A stretch of 64,000 bases of DNA, from NCBI GenBank assembly GCA_013387215.1, contig WARW01000001.1:119301-183300 (forward strand). The letters are read 5' to 3'. The notes under the pieces are model-generated. The model was not told the origin of the DNA. It did no database searches and saw only the letters and a list, made by a program, of their open reading frames with translations. The position numbers and the translations under genes were made by a program. Source of the stretch: Patescibacteria group bacterium. GTDB taxonomy: Bacteria; Patescibacteriota; Microgenomatia; UBA12405. This document shows, piece by piece, positions 56,827 through 64,000 of this stretch (positions are counted from its first letter, which is position 1; each line of letters begins with the position of its first letter).

Positions 56827-58875
56827 GTGATTTGTATGAAAAAGCTAAGTTTTATCTTAGTTGTTTTCCTTATTCTGTCATTTTTGGCCCCGTCCAGTTT
56901 TGCTGCCACCAAAACTACTGATTCAACAGTAATTAAGTTCGCCAGCAAAGTCTTGGAAAAAGCAGTCAGAGAAGAAATCAAAAAACCAACAGGAAATATC
57001 TTTAAAAAAGATGTTTTATCTATTAAAAGTTTAGAAATAAACTTTACTCCAATTGGAAAAATAGATGGCATCGAAAATCTCCAAAATTTAGTTTATCTTC
57101 ATCTTGAAAATGGTGAAATAAGAGACATTAGTCCGCTTAAATCATTAAAAAAACTTGAAGATCTTGACTTGTGGGATAACTATATTACCGATCTTACCCC
57201 ATTATTAGGATTAACTAAATTAACAAGCTTGGAACTTAACGATAATTATTTTTGCGACCTTACTCCGCTTAAAGGCTTGATAAATCTTACTCATCTTTAC
57301 TTGGTAAACAGTAGATCTGGTAATAAAATCTCAGATATTACTCCACTTTCCAACCTGAAGAATATAATTTCAATTGCCTTGGCTTGTAATAATGTAAGTA
57401 ACGTTGAGCCCTTAAGTAAGCTTCCCAAGATTCAAGAATTGTATCTACATCACAATCAAATCCAAAATGTAGCACCGCTTGGTAAAATAAAAACCTTGCA
57501 GATATTATATTTGGAAGATAACCCGATCACAGACTATAAACCATTAAAAGCTATTTACAGTAAGCTCTACAAAAAAGATTTTACTTTAAACAGTCCGGTT
57601 GCAACTCCAAAACCAAGTTCCACTCCAGACTCTACTCCAACGCCAGAAATTACTCCGACTCCTGGACCTTCATTAATTCCAACTCGGATTTTGGATCCAA
57701 CCAAAGTAATCACATTTCCCGACAAAAATTTTGAGCAAACCATCAGAAAAGCGATCAACAAACCTACAGGAGATATCCTTAAAAAGGATATTTTTTCCAT
57801 CACTCAGCTTTATGGATGGAGTGGAATAAAAAGTATTGAAGGGATTCAAAATCTCGAGAATTTGACTACTATTGAAATTCTTGACGGTCAAATTTCCGAC
57901 TTAACTCCTTTAAAATCGCTCAAACATTTAACCCGTCTCAATCTTTGGAACCAGCGTATTACAGACATTAGTCCACTAGCCAGTATACCCACTCTTGAAG
58001 AGCTTATTCTTAGTGATAACTACTTTTTTGACCTTAGTCCCTTAAAAGGCTTGGTTAATTTAAAAAAACTTTCTATTTTTTACAGCCGGATTGGCGCTGG
58101 ATTGTCAGATATTTCTCCAATATCATCTTTGACAAATCTTGAAACCTTGTCCTTAGCTGATAATGTCATCACCGATTTAAGCCCTTTAAGTAAATTGCCC
58201 AAAATACGGGAACTATATTTAATGAATAATAAAATCAGCAATGTTGAGCCATTGAGTAATCTCAAAACTTTAAAAGTTTTATATCTTAAAGATAATCCGG
58301 TTGTTAGCTTTGCACCTCTAAAAAATATGTTTAGTCAATTAATCGATAAAGATTTTACTCTATCAAGTCCAACGTTTTCGCCTCCAGTTGCTATTAACTA
58401 TTCCAGCACTGATCTGCTTATGGCTGATATCTCCAAATATGGCTTTTGTCATTATGGCGATGCTGTCATAGCAGATGAGAAAAGTAACAGCCAGTTTACT
58501 ATGATTTTAAAGAAGAATGATGATACCTGGGGTTCGATTGCTAGGGATATTGGTGAAGGTCCGGGTGGAAAAAATATGGATTTATCCATGTATAAATATG
58601 TAATTCTTCACATGAAAGGCCTAAAAGGTGGCGAAGAGTTCATGTTTGGTTTTGGCTATGGGCCGACAGATTATTATTATAGTCAGGGTTTAACTACTGA
58701 TTGGCAGGACATTGTTATAGACATTTCTAATAACAAAAGTCTTAAAAGTGCTTATCAATTTGGGTTTGAAATTGGAACTCAATGGACAAATAATGAAGTC
58801 GGTGCGACTATTTTTATTGACGGCATCAAATTTTCCAATCAGTTGCCAACTGGACCCTACACCACCCCTAAATAG
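56827..58875 (+). CDS. secreted leucine-rich-repeat (internalin-like) protein with internally duplicated LRR module and the shared ~130-aa C-terminal domain
   Basis: Signal peptide, then two ~230-aa blocks of 22-residue LRRs (LxxLxxLxLxxNxIxDIxPL) each preceded by a KPTGdI.KKD cap and separated by a PT-rich linker. The C-terminal domain is homologous to the two in the GH17 protein. Confidence 0.6.
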   Translation: MICMKKLSFILVVFLILSFLAPSSFAATKTTDSTVIKFASKVLEKAVREEIKKPTGNIFKKDVLSIKSLEINFTPIGKIDGIENLQNLVYLHLENGEIRDISPLKSLKKLEDLDLWDNYITDLTPLLGLTKLTSLELNDNYFCDLTPLKGLINLTHLYLVNSRSGNKISDITPLSNLKNIISIALACNNVSNVEPLSKLPKIQELYLHHNQIQNVAPLGKIKTLQILYLEDNPITDYKPLKAIYSKLYKKDFTLNSPVATPKPSSTPDSTPTPEITPTPGPSLIPTRILDPTKVITFPDKNFEQTIRKAINKPTGDILKKDIFSITQLYGWSGIKSIEGIQNLENLTTIEILDGQISDLTPLKSLKHLTRLNLWNQRITDISPLASIPTLEELILSDNYFFDLSPLKGLVNLKKLSIFYSRIGAGLSDISPISSLTNLETLSLADNVITDLSPLSKLPKIRELYLMNNKISNVEPLSNLKTLKVLYLKDNPVVSFAPLKNMFSQLIDKDFTLSSPTFSPPVAINYSSTDLLMADISKYGFCHYGDAVIADEKSNSQFTMILKKNDDTWGSIARDIGEGPGGKNMDLSMYKYVILHMKGLKGGEEFMFGFGYGPTDYYYSQGLTTDWQDIVIDISNNKSLKSAYQFGFEIGTQWTNNEVGATIFIDGIKFSNQLPTGPYTTPK

Positions 58876-58906
58876 TTTTCAAAAGATCTTTGGTTTATAC
58901 CGTGGG

Positions 58907-58946
58907 TTGACACTTTTGTGTTAATAAATCCCACGGTATTTTTTTA
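58907..58946 (+). terminator. rho-independent terminator (paralog of 52021..52070)
   Basis: TACCGTGGG...TTGACACttttGTGTTAA...CCCACGGTA followed by TTTTTTT. Confidence 0.55.
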
Positions 58947-59010
58947 TCTCTCCCGCAATTAATTGATTGCATTTACAATCTTTTAATTTTTGGGAGAGAT
59001 AACCTTTTAG

Positions 59011-59802
59011 CTAACGTCTTTCCGTTAATAAATCGCTGTGATTAGTTTTTGGATGTGTTGGTAATGGCGGTTCTGGTTGTTCAAAGGTAATCCATGTACC
59101 ATCAATTAGCCATGTTCTCGGTGCCTTGTAATATGGAGTATAGAGATCTTTTTTTGTTCCCGGACTGGCTTGATTTAGCCACCAATCAGGATAATTTACT
59201 GGTTCTCCTTCCAAACCGGATGGATCAATTTTTGATACTTCTACATTTTCCAGTCGCCAATTTAAAATCTTATCATCATCAGATACCATGCCCCATCGCT
59301 TTGCCGTAATCCAACTGACTTCCACAATTTCTTTACGATATTTAATTATCGGCATAATATCTCCATGCGACGCGCAATCTACTACCAAAAATGGTCCCTC
59401 CCATATTCCATCGGGCTTTTTTAGCCATACTTTTAATCCAATGTCTGCAGGTGACATTAATGCCACCCCGTCTATATATCCGTCTAGAGACAAGCCTCGA
59501 ATTTTTGCATTAGCCGACATTGCCCCTGGTCCATAAAATACTGCATTTCCATATGCCCAAATGGGAGCTGGAGCAAACCATGAATTTACTGACGGATAAA
59601 ACGGTATCCATACTAATTTTCTCCACCAATATCCATTAGTAACATCTCCGTCTTTACACTTTGGATCAAATTGTTCAACGCATCCTCCACCCGTATTTAA
59701 GGTTGCTGAGCTTGGAACAAAAAGTGTTACAGCCAAAATCAAACCTGCCGTTTTTCTAAACATTCTACCCTCCATTCTGTAAAGGTTCTTAGTCGGCAAC
59801 AA
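59011..59802 (-). CDS. secreted hypothetical protein
   Basis: Probable start at MFRKTAGLILAVTLFVPSSA (signal peptide); Trp/Pro-rich mature protein; no confident domain. Confidence 0.35.
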   Translation of the reverse strand: MLPTKNLYRMEGRMFRKTAGLILAVTLFVPSSATLNTGGGCVEQFDPKCKDGDVTNGYWWRKLVWIPFYPSVNSWFAPAPIWAYGNAVFYGPGAMSANAKIRGLSLDGYIDGVALMSPADIGLKVWLKKPDGIWEGPFLVVDCASHGDIMPIIKYRKEIVEVSWITAKRWGMVSDDDKILNWRLENVEVSKIDPSGLEGEPVNYPDWWLNQASPGTKKDLYTPYYKAPRTWLIDGTWITFEQPEPPLPTHPKTNHSDLLTERR

Positions 59803-60088
59803 TTTGCAGACTAACCGAGCATAAAAAATGTTTATTAAAAATCAATAAGTTCTTCTTAATAAATGTGTATATGAATAAAACGGTATTTTTTTTGTAAAAA
59901 TTATTATCTTGCAAAGATAGGGCATAATTAGTAAACTTGGGCGTGATTAATAATACAGATGCCGGTCCTAGCTCAAGTATTCTGTTTTATCTTTCGCAGG
60001 CTCATTAAAATTGCGGAAAAGGTATCTAAATTAAAAGGGGGTCAATACACCAGGTCAATTTAAAACACTAAAGAAAGGTGTGTTGACG

Positions 60089-60697
60089 ATGAAAAAAATC
60101 TTAATAATTGCTTTGATTGTTGCAGTTCTCTTGTTGTTTTTATCTTTCAAATTGAATAATGTTGTGGCTCCGATTGCTGACATGACAAAACAACTTAAAC
60201 CAGGACCAATGGTTATTATTCCTGACCCGCTTGTAATTGCCAAAGAAATCCAGCATCTAGCCAAACTTGAAACTGCTTCCCTTTATCTCACCAGAACTCT
60301 TCGTGTCGAAAAAGACAATAACCGTTTATGGGGAATTTTTGGAGAAAGATTAATCTTTGTGGCTAATGGGGAAGTAACGGCTGGAGTTGATTTGAGTCAA
60401 CTTCAAGAAAACCAAATACAAGTTATTGATCAAACTACTATTTATATTCAATTGCCCGAAGCTGAAATTTTCACTGTTTCGCTTGATAATAACAATTCTT
60501 ATATTGCCAGCCGGGAAAAAGGAATATTAGCCGTCTCTGATTCTCAATTGGAAACAAGAACTCGAAGAAGAGCTCAACAAGAAATCGAAAAAGCAGCACT
60601 TGAATCAAATCTTTTGGACACTGCCAATCAAAGTGCCCAGGATGACATCAGGAGTCTTTTAAAAAAACTTGGTTTTGTAAATATTAAATTCATCTAA
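60089..60697 (+). CDS. DUF4230-family membrane-anchored protein
   Basis: N-terminal TM helix. Pattern IFVANGEVTAGVDLSQL...IYIQLP is typical of DUF4230. Confidence 0.4.
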   Translation: MKKILIIALIVAVLLLFLSFKLNNVVAPIADMTKQLKPGPMVIIPDPLVIAKEIQHLAKLETASLYLTRTLRVEKDNNRLWGIFGERLIFVANGEVTAGVDLSQLQENQIQVIDQTTIYIQLPEAEIFTVSLDNNNSYIASREKGILAVSDSQLETRTRRRAQQEIEKAALESNLLDTANQSAQDDIRSLLKKLGFVNIKFI

Positions 60698-60769
60698 AAA
60701 AAACAACCTTTCCGCAATTACTAAACCGCCTGGAATTAGTAGAAATTTTCTACAACTATTCCAGGCTTT

Positions 60770-61285
60770 TTAATTTCTTTTATCTAAAATTTTCTTTACA
60801 TCTTCTCTGACCACAGCATAATCTTTTTTGGTAACCAAAGAAATTTCTTGGCATAAGTGTTCCAAAATTTGTTCCACCAAATTTGCATCATTTTTATTCA
60901 ATGTCAGAATATTTTTCCAATAAAAGATTAAAACCGACACCATTCTTTGAGGATTATTGGAGTAAAATTCCTCTTTTGCTCGAATAATATCGTATTCATC
61001 TTCACTGGTTTTGCTTTTTAAATCTTTTAAAATCTGGGCGATTTCTCCAGTCGTAAGCACTTTTCTGATACCAGACAGCTTAAAATTTTTTAAAGGTATT
61101 GACGCTGTAAACACCTTATCTGTTCCACTGGTAGGTTCATAGTAAACATACATTGCGCCATTATCTTCATCTTCTTTTACAGCTGTTACCTTGTAAATAT
61201 AAGAGGAATCAATAATATAGTCTCCCGCTGCTAACTCAAAGTTCATAATTTTCCTTGGTAAATTCTTAACGATAGCTAAAGCCAC
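60770..61285 (-). CDS. CarD/CdnL-family transcription factor
   Basis: N-terminal RNAP-interacting Tudor-like segment (FELAAGDYIIDSSYIYKVTAV) followed by a CarD C-terminal helical domain (LSGIRKVLTTGEIAQILKDL). Confidence 0.5.
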   Translation of the reverse strand: MALAIVKNLPRKIMNFELAAGDYIIDSSYIYKVTAVKEDEDNGAMYVYYEPTSGTDKVFTASIPLKNFKLSGIRKVLTTGEIAQILKDLKSKTSEDEYDIIRAKEEFYSNNPQRMVSVLIFYWKNILTLNKNDANLVEQILEHLCQEISLVTKKDYAVVREDVKKILDKRN

Positions 61286-61373
61286 TAAATCTATCTTTAT
61301 TAATAAAATTATACCAAAATTCGAAGTTTCTAACCAGCTGCAGCTTAACGTTTTATAATTATATTAAAATTTA

Positions 61374-62168
61374 TTATCTATTTTTCAGCTTTAATTCTCT
61401 CAAATGCCAAACAGCCATTCCCAAAAATGCCAGCGATAAAATTAATGCTGGCAGCCATCCGCCAGTCTCTGGATTTGTACCAAAATACGGTTTAATTATA
61501 TCTGCCAATGCTAGAGAAAAAATTTCAATAAATCCTAAAATAAAAATAATTGGAGCCAGTACAATTCCAATTCCCTTGTTTTTAATCATCTTAAAAGAAA
61601 TTATTAAAAATGCCGGCATAATAAAACAAAGATCAAGAATATATATTGAATACAGAAATTCAATTTTTATACCCTGCGTAACCAATGGAATTAATTGGCT
61701 TATCCACAGGGGAATAAAAACTAACGGCTGAAGTATAGCCAAAACTACTGAAAAATTGCGGGTGATTTTTGGTATCTCAATATTATCAATTTGATCTTTA
61801 TCAATATTTTGAACTGCCGAAAAGATAGACCAAAATGACAAAGAAAAAATAGCCATATAGATAAAATATAAAGGATTGTAGACCCGTTCTATTACATAAA
61901 TTCCATATCCATAAAAAAAGTATCCCAAAATTCCCAAAATAATAATCTGTTTTTTAAAATCATTATTTTTCAGTCTATAAATCAAAACCAATGCTGTTAC
62001 AGAGGCAATAATGGTTAACAAATCAGGTGTAAACACAGCTGGCATTAAATTAGGGCTGACAACTTTTTGATATATATTCATATCAAAAACTCCGATTATT
62101 CCAGCAATCAAAGCCAAAATAGAACAGGTAACCCATAAGGTTTTATTAAATTTCAACTGATTAATCAT
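61374..62168 (-). CDS. polytopic membrane protein
   Basis: Eight TM helices; no motif. Confidence 0.35.
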   Translation of the reverse strand: MINQLKFNKTLWVTCSILALIAGIIGVFDMNIYQKVVSPNLMPAVFTPDLLTIIASVTALVLIYRLKNNDFKKQIIILGILGYFFYGYGIYVIERVYNPLYFIYMAIFSLSFWSIFSAVQNIDKDQIDNIEIPKITRNFSVVLAILQPLVFIPLWISQLIPLVTQGIKIEFLYSIYILDLCFIMPAFLIISFKMIKNKGIGIVLAPIIFILGFIEIFSLALADIIKPYFGTNPETGGWLPALILSLAFLGMAVWHLRELKLKNR

Positions 62169-62308
62169 TTGACTAAATTATAATTCACTTTGTTTTAAAA
62201 CAATAATCTATTTTATTTGACTATGCCTTACTTTAGGCTTATAATTTACTATTATCTATTCTTAACCTCTCCCTTTAGAAGTGTTTAGATATTTTCTGGT
62301 CAAAATTT

Positions 62309-63580
62309 ATGAACATCAAAAATATTCTTCTTTTTATTCCTCGAAAAATTCGTCAATTTATAAATTGGTATCTTCACACTAATTGGGTTAAGCGAATTGC
62401 TGTTTCCCTAGCTGTCATTTTTGCCATTATTATTCTGAAAAATATTTTCTTTTCCAATAAAAAAGCCAAATATACTTTTGATACTGTCCAAAAAGGCGAT
62501 ATTACCCAACTTGTCACTGAAAATGGCAATGTTCTTTCTGGAAATCAGACCGACATTTATTCCCCATCGACTGGTGTTTTAGACACTCTTTATGTCAAGA
62601 ATGGTGACACAGTTAAAAAAGGCGATAAATTATTTACTGTTCGTTCTACTGCTACTGTCCAAGAGCAGACTGCTTCTTTAGCTAGTTTTCAACAAGCTTC
62701 TTCAAATTTCGATAGCGCTAACAATAATTTACGCGCTGCTCAAGCTAGCCTTGAACATACTTTAGATGATATTCATCTTTTTCAATATGGCAACGGTGGC
62801 TTTTCTAATGTTGGTTCTGCTAATGAAACTGAAGCCCAAAAAGATGCCCGCACTCGTGCTCAAACAGCTGTCGACACTGCTCAAAGTGCTGTTACTGCTG
62901 CTTCTGCTTCAAGAACTTCCGCTTTATTAGCCTATCAAGCCACTCAAAATGCGGTTGTTACTGCTCCAACAAATGGTACTATTCAAAATATTATTGGTCT
63001 TCCTGGTTCTAAAATAATTGCTCAGCTCAACAGCACCACTGCTGCTCAATCAACTCAAACTGGTGCTGCTACTCCAGTTTTGATTATTGGAGACAATAAA
63101 AATCAGGCCATAAAAACTGCCGTTTCTGAAGTTGATATCAATAAAATTGCTCTAAATCAAAAAGTCGATATTGTTTTTAGTGCTATCCCTAATAAAACCT
63201 ATACTGGCCACGTCATTCAAACCGATTTTTCTGGCACCGATACTCAAGGAGTTATTACTTATAACGTCTTTATTGCTATCGATAATCCAGACGAAAACAT
63301 AAAACAAAACATGAGCACTAGTTTAACTATTAATACTGCCGCTCGTCAAAATGTGGAAACTGTCGCCAATGCTGCCATTGTTCCATACCAAAGTGGCAAA
63401 GCTGTTCAAATTCTTGATACTAAAGGAAAATTAACTTTTGTGCCAGTTGTTATTGGTCTTAGAGGTTTCACTCGTTCTGAAATAATCAGTGGTGTTTCTG
63501 AAGGCACCAAAGTAGTTCTTGGTAACACTCAATTAACCAATAATCAAAGCGGTGGTCCAGGAGGTGGCCCGCTTGATTAA
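62309..63580 (+). CDS. efflux periplasmic adaptor (HlyD/MacA membrane fusion protein family)
   Basis: N-terminal TM helix, biotin-lipoyl-like hairpin (YSPSTGVLDTLYVKNGDTVKKGDKLFTV), a long coiled-coil (Ala/Gln-rich) region and a C-terminal beta-barrel. Confidence 0.65.
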   Translation: MNIKNILLFIPRKIRQFINWYLHTNWVKRIAVSLAVIFAIIILKNIFFSNKKAKYTFDTVQKGDITQLVTENGNVLSGNQTDIYSPSTGVLDTLYVKNGDTVKKGDKLFTVRSTATVQEQTASLASFQQASSNFDSANNNLRAAQASLEHTLDDIHLFQYGNGGFSNVGSANETEAQKDARTRAQTAVDTAQSAVTAASASRTSALLAYQATQNAVVTAPTNGTIQNIIGLPGSKIIAQLNSTTAAQSTQTGAATPVLIIGDNKNQAIKTAVSEVDINKIALNQKVDIVFSAIPNKTYTGHVIQTDFSGTDTQGVITYNVFIAIDNPDENIKQNMSTSLTINTAARQNVETVANAAIVPYQSGKAVQILDTKGKLTFVPVVIGLRGFTRSEIISGVSEGTKVVLGNTQLTNNQSGGPGGGPLD

Positions 63581-63595
63581 TTACCATGAAAAATA

Positions 63596-64000
63596 AAACT
63601 GCACCCTTAATTAGTCTCCAAAATATTGTCAAAGAATATCAGACTGGTGATACTGTTTTTCAAGCTTTAAAAGGCATTAATCTTGATATTTATCAAGGCG
63701 AATTTGTGGCCATTATGGGTCCTTCAGGCAGCGGCAAATCGACTACTATGCATATTATTGGAGCCTTAGATGTTCCCACAAGCGGCACTTATCTTCTCAA
63801 TAATACCAATGTTACTCGTTATACTGAAGATCAGTTGGCCGAGATTCGTAACAAAGAAATAGGTTTCGTTTTTCAATCTTTCAATTTATTGCCTCGCACT
63901 ACTGTTCTCAAAAATGTCGAACGTCCCATGATGTATGGCAATGTTCCAGTTGAAGATCGTGAACCCAGAGCCATGGAAATGTTGAAATTAGTTAATTTGG
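63596..64000 (+). CDS. ABC transporter ATP-binding protein (MacB/LolD-type), N-terminal part; continues past the window end
   Basis: Walker A GPSGSGKST and Q-loop region (IGFVFQSFNLLP); immediately downstream of the adaptor gene. Confidence 0.75.

Noticed and set aside
1-64000. Alternative genetic code (UGA recoded, as in some ultra-small AT-rich lineages)
   Set aside because: valS, trpS, dnaG, rpoD and the recombinases are full-length and colinear with homologs using UGA as stop; no in-frame UGA needed.

Overview
This is a 64 kb window from an AT-rich (~32% GC) bacterial chromosome read with the standard code; no in-frame UGA recoding is needed for valS, dnaG or rpoD. It has three parts. 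The left ~21 kb is housekeeping core: a tsaD start, a fused tsaC-tsaE gene, valS, rplY/ctc, trpS, three minus-strand tRNAs (Ile-UAU, Met-CAU, fMet-like CAU), a FtsB-like gene, a XerC/D-like recombinase, a VirB4/VirD4-like P-loop ATPase, a polyprenyl synthase, dnaG and rpoD. At 21.5 kb sits a tRNA-Asn(GTT) followed by a long accessory region (~21.5 to ~46 kb). That region appears to be tandemly accreted genomic islands. Two large serine recombinases each have a C-terminus encoded antisense to a tRNA or tRNA-like 3' half, and a third survives only as a catalytic-dead resolvase N-terminal fragment. Island cargo is rich in membrane zinc-ribbon proteins and candidate defence genes: an AlbA_2/Schlafen two-gene module, PD-(D/E)xK nucleases including a translationally coupled three-gene operon, a methyltransferase paired with a DUF262-DUF1524 GmrSD-like nuclease, and an HNH-RecQ helicase flanked by duplicated membrane-anchored Mrr-cat nuclease paralogs. 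The right third (46 to 64 kb) returns to core-like genes plus two paralogous surface-protein genes (a GH17 glucanase and an LRR protein) that share a conserved promoter and structured leader, a ~130-aa C-terminal domain and a terminator. Then come CarD, an SRAP peptidase, an RRM protein and a MacA/MacB-type efflux pair. No CRISPR array or rRNA is present. All calls rest on motifs read from the translations and sequence; nothing was searched against a database.
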